Positions 27,081 to 36,337 of a stretch of 64,000 nucleotides of DNA are shown here, piece after piece (the first letter of the stretch is position 1; each line of letters opens with the position of its first letter). The DNA comes from Patescibacteria group bacterium (GTDB taxonomy: Bacteria; Patescibacteriota; Patescibacteriia; JAHJFT01): positions 19,280 to 83,279 of the forward strand of contig JAQTTB010000001.1 of assembly GCA_028710985.1 (NCBI GenBank), written 5' to 3'. The position numbers were made by a program, and so were the translations under genes. The notes beneath the pieces are model-generated. The model did not search any database, had not been told where the DNA came from, and was given only the letters and a program-made list of their open reading frames with translations.

Positions 27081-28913
27081 TTATAATTCAAGCTTATTTT
27101 TACGGTAAAATTTTACAAAACTTATCAAACCCCACAACTCTCTACTATAATCTTTCTTATTCCCCATATGATCCGCAACCATTTTTTCAATCGCTTTACC
27201 ATTTAAAAATGCTATATCCGCAATATTCTTTTTATCTAAAATATCCATCATGAAATCCTTTAATTCATTCTTCAGCCAATCCGCGATCGGAAAGCTGAAT
27301 CCCTGCTTCTTTGTATAAATTAACTTTTTCGGTAAATACCTCTCTAGAAGCTTTTTTAAAATATACTTAGTGGTGATACCGCGAATTTTTAATCCCGGCG
27401 CCAAGGAATTGCTAAACTTTATTACTTCGTTGTTCAAGAAAGGAACACGTACCTCTAAAGAATTAGCCATGCTCATTCGATCGACCTTGACTAAATACTC
27501 CCCTTCCAGCACGGTTTTCTGATCAACATACAATAGCTGATTCAGCACATCTTCCCCCTCCACGACTTTAAAATACTCTGCAAAATCGTCGCAAACATTG
27601 TTAAAAAAATCTTCAACTAGGATATCCGCATTATGCATTATTCTATAATAAAAATGAGATTTTGTAAATGGATACTTGGCCGCATAAACAAACCTTTTTA
27701 ACTTATAATCAAAGCTCATTTTTCTGTAAGAAGACGGCAAATAATGAACCATTTTTTCCACCAATGTTTTTATGGGCAGGTGGCGATAAATTTGACTAAT
27801 TCTAGGCAAATAATAGATAGGGTAACCCCCAAATAACTCATCCCCGCCGTCGCCGGATAAGCAGACTGTCGCTCGCTCTTTTGCAAAATGGCACAAGAAA
27901 TATGTGGGAATCGCGCTGCTGTCACCAAAAGGCTCCTGAAAATAATCAAAAATATCCGGAATGGCATTTATGACCTCCCTCTTCTCTAGATAAATCGAAT
28001 TATGATTAGTGCCAATAATCTTTGCGATTTTACTGGCGTTCTTTGATTCGTCATAAGAATTCTCACCGAAATTAAATCCAACCGTAAATGTATTCAGGTT
28101 TCCTACATGCTCCTTGGCGATGGCGGTGATTAAACTAGAATCAACGCCGGAGGATAAGAATACCCCCAATGGCACATCGCTGACCAAGGATTGTTCGATT
28201 GATTCATCGAGCACGCACCGTAGGGCATCGATTGAATTATTAAGATCTTGATAATTATTTGTAAATGTCGGTTTCCAATATTCCTGAATATTAATTTGCT
28301 CTTTCTGCAAATCAAAAATCGCAAAACTAGCCGGTGGCAATTTAAAAACGTTTTCAATTATGGACTCATTGCCATAAATGTAATTTTGATAAAAAAATCT
28401 TCTGACTGCCCTTAAATTAATTTTTTTGTTGATCTGGAGCGATGCCAGCTCAGAGGCGAATTGAAATATCCCGTCATGAAAACTATAGTAAAGTGGTTTT
28501 ATTCCCATTCGATCTCTGGCCAAAATTAATTGATTTTTAACTTCATCGTAAATTGCCAGGGCGAACATGCCATCGAATAATTTGAAGGCTTCTGGTCCAT
28601 ATTTAATATAGGCCCTTAATACAACCTCCGTATCGGAATCGGAGAAATAGTCACCGGGCAAATCTTTTTTTAATTTTTTAAAATTATATACTTCACCATT
28701 GTAGACAATCGCATAGGCGCCAATTCTCATGGGTTGGCTCGCCCTTTGAGAAAGATCAATGATAGAAAGACGCCGGTGTCCTAATTTGACCCTCTGATCT
28801 TCGGATATAAAAAAACCTGCCGCATCCGGACCGCGGTGGAGCATTGAATCTCTTCTCTTCAAAAAAATTTCCTTATCAAATTTCGATGAATATTCTCCGA
28901 TAATTCCGCACAT
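27081..28913 (-). CDS. asnB: asparagine synthase (glutamine-hydrolysing) family amidotransferase (WbpS/PseA/AglX-like candidate sugar amidotransferase)
   Basis: N-terminal MCGIIG class II glutaminase nucleophile. SGGVDSS PP-loop. 610 aa. Confidence 0.85.
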   Translation of the reverse strand: MCGIIGEYSSKFDKEIFLKRRDSMLHRGPDAAGFFISEDQRVKLGHRRLSIIDLSQRASQPMRIGAYAIVYNGEVYNFKKLKKDLPGDYFSDSDTEVVLRAYIKYGPEAFKLFDGMFALAIYDEVKNQLILARDRMGIKPLYYSFHDGIFQFASELASLQINKKINLRAVRRFFYQNYIYGNESIIENVFKLPPASFAIFDLQKEQINIQEYWKPTFTNNYQDLNNSIDALRCVLDESIEQSLVSDVPLGVFLSSGVDSSLITAIAKEHVGNLNTFTVGFNFGENSYDESKNASKIAKIIGTNHNSIYLEKREVINAIPDIFDYFQEPFGDSSAIPTYFLCHFAKERATVCLSGDGGDELFGGYPIYYLPRISQIYRHLPIKTLVEKMVHYLPSSYRKMSFDYKLKRFVYAAKYPFTKSHFYYRIMHNADILVEDFFNNVCDDFAEYFKVVEGEDVLNQLLYVDQKTVLEGEYLVKVDRMSMANSLEVRVPFLNNEVIKFSNSLAPGLKIRGITTKYILKKLLERYLPKKLIYTKKQGFSFPIADWLKNELKDFMMDILDKKNIADIAFLNGKAIEKMVADHMGNKKDYSRELWGLISFVKFYRKNKLEL

Positions 28914-28919
28914 AGATAC

Positions 28920-29327
28920 TTAATTCTCTTTAAAGCAAAAAACGAATCTTTTATTAATTAAAAATGTAAAAAAGGACATTAATAATCCGACCAGGGCAAC
29001 GGATAAAAGGTAATAAAAACCTAAAATAGTTGTTAGCAAATAGACCAAAGTGAAGGTAATTAATCCTATTGCGCCATATATCGCGAGATAACCAAGGTAC
29101 CTTGCAACATAACCTGATTTTCCATGACCAGAAAATGTAAATAATGAATTCATTATAAAACTAAAAGTCCAGGTAATAAAAGTTGCGATTACAAAAGATA
29201 ACATGTACCAAAAATGCAGTGATTCAGTAAAAATGAAAGTTAATAATAAATTCAACAAAAAAGAACTGACTCCAATGATGAAAAATATCGGATATCTCCT
29301 AAAGATATTTATTATATTCAAAGCCAT
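28920..29327 (-). CDS. GtrA family membrane protein
   Basis: Four hydrophobic helices. The start is chosen at MALNIINIF (29327) to avoid a 53-nt overlap with the upstream gene. The ORF track start is 29399. Confidence 0.55.
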   Translation of the reverse strand: MALNIINIFRRYPIFFIIGVSSFLLNLLLTFIFTESLHFWYMLSFVIATFITWTFSFIMNSLFTFSGHGKSGYVARYLGYLAIYGAIGLITFTLVYLLTTILGFYYLLSVALVGLLMSFFTFLINKRFVFCFKEN

Positions 29328-29346
29328 CTTGAAAAAATTAATAAAG

Positions 29347-30783
29347 TCACGCTTCAACAATTTTCTTTTTACGACCTCCGAATTTCCATGAATTGCCATT
29401 TCTCATCTGAATATAAATTGAATTCAAATCAATTTCTGAATTACTTCTCAACCATCGTTCGATAAGATCCCTTGATAAATATGTAGTTGTTGGCGTTACC
29501 AATTGGTCAAAAACAATGTGGTGAAAAAAAATAAAGTTCTCCTCGGAAATCCAAACGGTATATTGATATAATGGTAATTTTTTTACAAAAGAAATACTTT
29601 TAAGTATATTGATTATTTTAGAGTAAAGAAAAAATAAAATAGCCAATGGGCCAGCGATAAAATATTTATTTAACCACCATGGTGTATGACAAACAATGCG
29701 ACGAAGTCGATCGATGACGTTTATTATTATCCAATTGCCTTCTTCCGCATAAACCCAGCAATGAAAACGACCGCCGGGTATAGTATTTTTAATTACAAAA
29801 TTAAAACCCAACTCCGGCTCCTTTAAATGATGGAGAACGCCAATACAATAAACAACATCGAACCCACCTTCGCTGAATTGTAAAATATCATCCTGAATAA
29901 TCCTATATTTTGTATTTTTGATATCTTCTAAATTTTTTCTCGCCGAATCGACGGAAGCACCTAAGTCAACCCCAACCATTTCACGCGGCTGCCAATTTGC
30001 TAAATGCACCATCAGGCTGCCATTGCCGCAGCCGAGCTCTAATATTTTATTTCCAGAAAAATCATTCTTGGTCAGTGGATGCATCCAATCCTCGAACTGT
30101 TTAAATGTATATATTGAACCAGCGACCAGATGATTCCACGATTTGGCAAATGCATCTGCCGTACCCTGATCCGGACTAGCAATAGCTTCATTCAGCTCCT
30201 TGGAGTGTGATTTTACACAAACGAATTCAAACGAAATCTCATCAAATCCCCCAACCCAAAAGCACCATATTCTGCTGCAAAAAACCTGGTTAAAATTAGC
30301 TAAACCGCTAATAAATTTATCTACTATTTTCAGTAGTTGCGTGGAAATTTCGCCATAACCCAAATATTGCAATAAATGCGGAAAAGCCATCCACCGCAGT
30401 TCCATTCTTTTCAGCCTAAATTCGACGCCGATATATCCAGATGAAGTATACTTTTCATTAAAGTAAAGGGGGAAAGCAACATCAAAACCGTGTGCATGTT
30501 GAGCGTGCGTAAAGCCGCGAGAAAAATGCGGCACTTTCAATTTTAAAATGCCGCCGTCTCTTAAAATTCTGTGCATCTCTTTCATCACCTCGAACGGTTT
30601 ATCGAGATGCTCCAAAACATGATAAGCCTCAATCAAATCAAAGCTATTCGATTCAAATGGATAAGGCAAACTGTTCAGGTCATGGATAACATCCGGTGAA
30701 ACTAACGGATTGATGTCAACATTGATATAATCGCTCTTTTTTGACGCACCGCATCCTAAATTTAATTTGTTCGTACTTTTCAT
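29347..30783 (-). CDS. tandem dual-domain SAM-dependent methyltransferase
   Basis: Two SAM motifs: LNLGCGASKK and ILELGCGNGSLMVHL. 478 aa. Confidence 0.65.
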   Translation of the reverse strand: MKSTNKLNLGCGASKKSDYINVDINPLVSPDVIHDLNSLPYPFESNSFDLIEAYHVLEHLDKPFEVMKEMHRILRDGGILKLKVPHFSRGFTHAQHAHGFDVAFPLYFNEKYTSSGYIGVEFRLKRMELRWMAFPHLLQYLGYGEISTQLLKIVDKFISGLANFNQVFCSRIWCFWVGGFDEISFEFVCVKSHSKELNEAIASPDQGTADAFAKSWNHLVAGSIYTFKQFEDWMHPLTKNDFSGNKILELGCGNGSLMVHLANWQPREMVGVDLGASVDSARKNLEDIKNTKYRIIQDDILQFSEGGFDVVYCIGVLHHLKEPELGFNFVIKNTIPGGRFHCWVYAEEGNWIIINVIDRLRRIVCHTPWWLNKYFIAGPLAILFFLYSKIINILKSISFVKKLPLYQYTVWISEENFIFFHHIVFDQLVTPTTTYLSRDLIERWLRSNSEIDLNSIYIQMRNGNSWKFGGRKKKIVEA

Positions 30784-30800
30784 AACTGGATTTAAAATGT

Positions 30801-31754
30801 CTAAAAATTAATTTTAGATTTTAAAACGTACGGTTTCTCCCCTCGCGATTCATAATAAGTGCGCATGATCAATTCCGCTAAAACACCCATGGCGATAAGC
30901 TGTATGCCGACAATGATAAATAAAGCAGTCAATATCGGCAATGGAGTCTCCACGAAACTTCTTAATCCAAAAATTTTAAGCACAATCGCAGATAGGCCGG
31001 CCATAATCCCGACAAAAAGCGCGATAAACCCCATCCCTCCAAAAAAATGCATCGGCTTATTCAAATACTTTTCAAAAAATTTTATAACTACCAAATCCAG
31101 TAAAACTCTAAAAATTCTAGATAAACCATAATTGCTCCGACCGGCTTTTCTTGGACGATAGTTTACCTCCACTTCTGTCAGATTAGCGCCTTGGCGTACG
31201 GCATAAGCCGGTATAAACCGATGCATTTCTCCATAGAGGGAAAACCCGTGTAATATTTTTTTTCTATATGCCTTCAATGTGCATCCATAGTCATGCAACT
31301 TAACATTAGTAATTCTTGAAATCAACCAGTTCGCCATGAGGGAGGGCAGTCTACGACTTAATTTATTCTTTTGCCAACGCCCGCGACGCCACCCGGAAAC
31401 AACGTCATACCCGTTATTAATACGCTCCAAGAGCCTTGGAATATCGGCCGGGTCATTTTCTAAATCACTATCCATGGTCACGATTATATCACTGCTCGCA
31501 TATTCAATCCCGGCTTGAAGCGCGGCGGTTTGTCCGCGATTTACCGCAAAACTTAAAACCTTAATTTTATTATTATCGCCCGCTAGTGATTTTAACACGG
31601 CCAAAGAATTGTCGCTCGACCCATCGTCAACCAGAATTATTTCATAATCATAACTATTCCTCTCCATTACGGACACGATCTCTCGGACCAATTCCAATAA
31701 ATTTTTTTCCTCATTATAGACTGGTATAACAATCGATAAATGCATATTTCCCAT
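30801..31754 (-). CDS. glycosyltransferase family 2, GtrB/ArnC-like polyprenyl-phosphate sugar synthase
   Basis: LSIVIPVYNEEKNLLELV...LVDDGSSDNS...MDSDLEND plus two C-terminal TM helices. Confidence 0.8.
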   Translation of the reverse strand: MGNMHLSIVIPVYNEEKNLLELVREIVSVMERNSYDYEIILVDDGSSDNSLAVLKSLAGDNNKIKVLSFAVNRGQTAALQAGIEYASSDIIVTMDSDLENDPADIPRLLERINNGYDVVSGWRRGRWQKNKLSRRLPSLMANWLISRITNVKLHDYGCTLKAYRKKILHGFSLYGEMHRFIPAYAVRQGANLTEVEVNYRPRKAGRSNYGLSRIFRVLLDLVVIKFFEKYLNKPMHFFGGMGFIALFVGIMAGLSAIVLKIFGLRSFVETPLPILTALFIIVGIQLIAMGVLAELIMRTYYESRGEKPYVLKSKINF

Positions 31755-33418
31755 TAAAATTTAATTAAAACAAAATATTCATTTTGCGATATGGGAAGAT
31801 CCCCTTGATCCCCTTCTTTCACCACTCCGGCTAACGCTGAGTTCGAACGCAATAGCGCATAATTTGCCCCATATTTACGACCAAAATCTATCAACTTAAC
31901 GATATCGTCACCGTGTAGGGCATTGTTTTGTTCTTCAAATACTCTGCGCCATTCTACCAATTGATTCTTGCCCGACATTAAATATGCGGATCCCTCTTCA
32001 AAGGAAGTAACTATATTAACCCTGCAGAAATAACGCAAATTAAAATCATTACTAATCACGGTATCCCCGTCGCCGACACCGCCGTTTTTAAGTTGCTGGC
32101 AAACTATATTATATATCTTTTCCTGGTCTTCAAACACCTTATTTTGAAATACCCTGGGTATATATTCCTCCTGATAATTCTCATAACCTAATAAAAATTG
32201 AAACCATTCGAAGCCAAAGGAGGAGCTCAAAAAGCCCAAAATGAGCAGGGCGGATAAGAAAATTACTCGAACTTTTTTTTGTAAAAAATATCTATTGCGT
32301 CTAAATAATTCTTCCAGTGAAACAGCCACTAATAAAAATATACCAAAGTAAACAAATTTAAAAAATCGACTAGTTTGCTGAAAAATAAACGGACCATCCA
32401 AATGGATCATCGCTATTTGTAGTATTGGAAAAAATACACTAAAAAATATTGAGAGCAGTATAAATAAAATTGACCACTTTGCGATAAGATAATCCAAGGA
32501 TTCTTTTATGATTAACCTCTTTTTCAAGAGGTACAAAACATATGCAACGAATGGCGCAAAGAAAACAAGAATAATTATCATATGCCGTATCCACATAAGG
32601 CTCTCCGGCGGATAATCCCATGGCGTCCTAAAAATTATCGCTTCCAAGAAGTCTAAGCTTGAGTATTCAACATTAGATAAAAATTTGGAATTTATTGCAT
32701 CTAAACGAAAAATTATTTCATACAACAGCAAGGATGAACCAAGAATAAATGCAGCTGACGCTGATGCGGTCTGTTTCAAAACACCAAAAAAATTATTGCG
32801 CCAAAATAAAAGAAATAAAGATATTACGAGAGCTAGAAAAGTAAAAAATAATATGCTTACCGGATGAATATAAGAGACTATACCGAGCAATAAGAACAAC
32901 GGCCAAATTTTCTTATTGTCGTAAATAAATTTAATAATTAATGCACCGATTATCCATAAGAATGGCATCGCCGTCGAACGTCCCAAAACTTCATAATTCG
33001 TGAGAACTCCGAATATTTCGTTCCCGACCGAAAAGCGCGGGGCAAGGGCTACTATAGCTACAACGATCGCGATTGAACGCCGTATGCCCAATATTCTAAG
33101 CGCAATATACGCCGAATAACCAGTAAAAAAAACCATAGAAAATAATAGTATATTGCGGCTGGTAAATGGATCAAAGAAATAACTCAACGCATTAATAATA
33201 TATGGATAAACGTAGTATCGATACGTCATCGTGGACAATAATTCATTTCCTGGATAAGAACTATCCATTAAAGCCCGGTTAGACGCCATAATGGCAATCT
33301 CATCGCCATTGAGTCTAAACGGCAGGGAAAAATTATAAACAACCGACAGAGCGGCAATAAACAAAAAAATCAATATTACACATAAATTGACGATTCCAAC
33401 ATTTTTACGCTCTGACAT
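31754..33418 (-). CDS. polytopic membrane protein, GT-C-like (GtrC/YfhO-like), directly downstream of a GtrB-like GT2
   Basis: About 400 aa of TM helices plus a roughly 150-aa soluble C-terminal domain. Start/stop overlap with the GT2 at 30801..31754. Confidence 0.5.
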   Translation of the reverse strand: MSERKNVGIVNLCVILIFLFIAALSVVYNFSLPFRLNGDEIAIMASNRALMDSSYPGNELLSTMTYRYYVYPYIINALSYFFDPFTSRNILLFSMVFFTGYSAYIALRILGIRRSIAIVVAIVALAPRFSVGNEIFGVLTNYEVLGRSTAMPFLWIIGALIIKFIYDNKKIWPLFLLLGIVSYIHPVSILFFTFLALVISLFLLFWRNNFFGVLKQTASASAAFILGSSLLLYEIIFRLDAINSKFLSNVEYSSLDFLEAIIFRTPWDYPPESLMWIRHMIIILVFFAPFVAYVLYLLKKRLIIKESLDYLIAKWSILFILLSIFFSVFFPILQIAMIHLDGPFIFQQTSRFFKFVYFGIFLLVAVSLEELFRRNRYFLQKKVRVIFLSALLILGFLSSSFGFEWFQFLLGYENYQEEYIPRVFQNKVFEDQEKIYNIVCQQLKNGGVGDGDTVISNDFNLRYFCRVNIVTSFEEGSAYLMSGKNQLVEWRRVFEEQNNALHGDDIVKLIDFGRKYGANYALLRSNSALAGVVKEGDQGDLPISQNEYFVLIKF

Positions 33419-33430
33419 ATTTTATGAAAA

Positions 33431-34159
33431 TTATTTTCTACATATCGCCATCAACGAAACGCCGAATGGAAAATTAAAACGCTTCAATACAAACGCTTCC
33501 AGGGAAAACACCCAAAATAATATACGAGATAAGGGGCCGCCGCTGCCGACAAATTCGATTTTCTTAACAGAAAAAAAAGCTTTTTCGAAAAAACGGAAAA
33601 ATAATATTGGCAAAAATAAAATGGTATTAAAATACGAAGAACGTACAACGTGCAAACCCAAACTCCGTAATTTTACAAAAATTTGATTGTAGGTATAACG
33701 GCGAAAATGATGTCCCGCCTCATCGGCCCAGCCCCACAAAAAATTAAAAGCAGGAACAAAAATAATAATTATTCCTTCTTTTTTTACTACACGTTTCAAT
33801 TCACTAATAGCTTTATTATCATCAGACACGTGTTCTAATACATCGAGGCAAATCACAACATCAAAAAAATTATCTGGAAATTGAATATTCGTAATATCTC
33901 CCAAATCGACATTCTCTAAAAAATTTTGTTTACAAAAATTAACGGCCAACGGGCTATTATCAACGCCATAACAAACACCGAATTTTTTGAGCTCCTTCAT
34001 CAGCATACCCGTGCCACAACCGACATCGAGCATCTTCAATGCACCACTATGGTCAGAAAAAAAATTACTGATTATATCAGCTACAATTCTTCGCCTCACC
34101 CTATACCACCAATTATCTTTTTCAGCTGTATAAATTAATTTATAGACGTCAGATCGCAT
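33431..34159 (-). CDS. class I SAM-dependent methyltransferase
   Basis: MLDVGCGTGMLMKEL SAM motif. Confidence 0.7.
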   Translation of the reverse strand: MRSDVYKLIYTAEKDNWWYRVRRRIVADIISNFFSDHSGALKMLDVGCGTGMLMKELKKFGVCYGVDNSPLAVNFCKQNFLENVDLGDITNIQFPDNFFDVVICLDVLEHVSDDNKAISELKRVVKKEGIIIIFVPAFNFLWGWADEAGHHFRRYTYNQIFVKLRSLGLHVVRSSYFNTILFLPILFFRFFEKAFFSVKKIEFVGSGGPLSRILFWVFSLEAFVLKRFNFPFGVSLMAICRK

Positions 34160-34166
34160 AACTTTA

Positions 34167-35237
34167 TTAAATATTCTTATCTGGATAAAAATTATCCATC
34201 AAACGCTCAATTAAAAAATCCAAACTATGCTCGCGGATTATAATTTCTCTCAATCCCTTGCCTAACGCCACCCGCCTGTCTACATCCATAGTCAATAAAT
34301 TTATCAATTTATTCTTAAAATCATTCACGTCATCCTCCTCAAAAACCATCGGCTCAGGCAAAACATCCTTTAGCGCCCTATTTGATACCAGCACCGGCAT
34401 TTCACAGGCCATGGCTTCAAAAATTGTCTTATCCATGCTCCCGCTCTGTGTAAAATTAACATAAAGCGCGTGTTGGTTATAAATGTTCGATGTCTCACGA
34501 TATGGCACGCCAGGATAAAAAGAAAGCATTCCTGCGCCCTCCAGCTCCTTGCCCGCTCCCCTGACTCTTTGATAATATTCCGCATCGGAATCGGTCGGAT
34601 CGCCATAGATACTCGCCGTAAAGCCAATTCCTTGGCCATGCAGATCAGACAAAGCGTTAACAAACATTTCGACTTTCTTAACTGGCGATATTCTCCCCAG
34701 AAACAATACGGATTTTTCATATTTCGCCGATGGATCGAAACCTTTAAATATATCTGTGTCGATCCCAACGGGCATAATCCTTGCTTTTTTATACCGCGAG
34801 CAAAACGAATTTGGTGAAGTGTAGAATACGTTATTGGAAAATAAGACGCCAAACCTAGTTATGATATTACCAATCTTGTGATTGTGCCATAGAAAAATTT
34901 TTTTATTAAAAATTCTCCACAATATACCGGCCATAACAATATATTCCGGATTCATATGGACAAAAATAACGTCGTAATCCCTAATTAGAAAAATAATATT
35001 TTTATAAAATTCGATAATATAGCCAACCCGACTCTTCCTTTTTTCCTTTTCCAGGGATATAACTCGCACATTGTTTGGCAAATTATATTTTCCTGACTCT
35101 AGACAAACTACGTTAACAGTATCAAACGATGGGCTAATCTTCATAATCCAGTTATGAAAAAATCCAAGCACTTTATCGTCCCTGTCAACCTTCTGAGTAA
35201 TAATTAGCAGATTTATTTTTTTATCGCCTTGTCCCAT
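34167..35237 (-). CDS. glycosyltransferase (GT-B fold, GT4-like)
   Basis: C-terminal GSMDKTIFEAMACEMPVLVS motif. Confidence 0.65.
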   Translation of the reverse strand: MGQGDKKINLLIITQKVDRDDKVLGFFHNWIMKISPSFDTVNVVCLESGKYNLPNNVRVISLEKEKRKSRVGYIIEFYKNIIFLIRDYDVIFVHMNPEYIVMAGILWRIFNKKIFLWHNHKIGNIITRFGVLFSNNVFYTSPNSFCSRYKKARIMPVGIDTDIFKGFDPSAKYEKSVLFLGRISPVKKVEMFVNALSDLHGQGIGFTASIYGDPTDSDAEYYQRVRGAGKELEGAGMLSFYPGVPYRETSNIYNQHALYVNFTQSGSMDKTIFEAMACEMPVLVSNRALKDVLPEPMVFEEDDVNDFKNKLINLLTMDVDRRVALGKGLREIIIREHSLDFLIERLMDNFYPDKNI

Positions 35238-36337
35238 GTTTCGTTATAAAGTTTTAATGTCGCCTCCTTGCCCGGAAGTCGCTCTAACGCGTTCTTGGCA
35301 TTTTGACTAAACTTCATTTTTAATTCAGGGTTATTCTTTACTTTGACCAATGCGTCAGAAATCGCACTTATATTATTTACCGGGACCACGATACCATTCT
35401 CATAGTTTTTTACCACCTCTCCGGCGCAACCGACGTCGGTCATGATAACTGCGCAGCTGCAAGCCAGGGATTCAATAGCCACCCTGCTCCATCCTTCGTA
35501 TTCAGAGGTCAATAAAACACAATCCGCTCCCTTAAAAAAACTCACAACGTCCTGGGTCCAGGGAATGAAAATCACCGATTCACCCAAGCCCAATTCGCCT
35601 ACCAATCTTTTTAATTCTTTTTCCTGACTCCCCTCGCCAACAATGAGCAAGCCGCTCTTAGGACTTTTTTTTAAGAACATTAAAAATGCTTTTAAGGCAA
35701 CGTCTATTCTTTTTACCCTCTCCAATCGCCCCATAACCAGAGCGATAAAATCAAATTGTGAATATTTTTCCTTTAGATTAAAATCCGGCTCCTTTAATTC
35801 CAGACTTTTCCAAGGTGTGCAAATCGGCAGAACCGTTATCTTTTCTTGATTAATCCCTCTCTTGATTAAGTCCCGCTTGATTCTCTGACTAACCGCTCTG
35901 ATAGAATCGGCCTTTTTTATAATTCCCAAGCCAAGATACCATCGTAGATTGTTCAAAAAATTTTCTCCGCGCCAATGAGGATTACTAAAAAAATCGCCAT
36001 GGAGTTGAATATTCAAACCTAAACCGAATTTTCTTTTAGCGAAATATCCGATTAACCCGATGGCAAACGGGTCTTGAACCGAAACGACATTAATATTGCT
36101 GCGCTTAATAATGCTGGCTGCTTCCCTCCACAATTTTAACCAGCCAAAAAATTTATTATTAACTCCCACGGATCGTACGAATACGTTGTCGGTTAATTGT
36201 ATATTCGTGCTACAACCAGCCGGCAGCAAAATATAAAATTTATTACCAATAAAATTGGCGTAACTCTTAAATCTCTCCTGTGTCTCGCTACCCGACTTTA
36301 AAATTCTTGCATCGGTGCCAATTATCAAAATGTTCAT
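35213..36337 (-). CDS. glycosyltransferase family 4
   Basis: C-terminal EYEGWSRVAIESLACSCAVIMTDVG motif. Confidence 0.75.
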   Translation of the reverse strand: MNILIIGTDARILKSGSETQERFKSYANFIGNKFYILLPAGCSTNIQLTDNVFVRSVGVNNKFFGWLKLWREAASIIKRSNINVVSVQDPFAIGLIGYFAKRKFGLGLNIQLHGDFFSNPHWRGENFLNNLRWYLGLGIIKKADSIRAVSQRIKRDLIKRGINQEKITVLPICTPWKSLELKEPDFNLKEKYSQFDFIALVMGRLERVKRIDVALKAFLMFLKKSPKSGLLIVGEGSQEKELKRLVGELGLGESVIFIPWTQDVVSFFKGADCVLLTSEYEGWSRVAIESLACSCAVIMTDVGCAGEVVKNYENGIVVPVNNISAISDALVKVKNNPELKMKFSQNAKNALERLPGKEATLKLYNETWDKAIKK

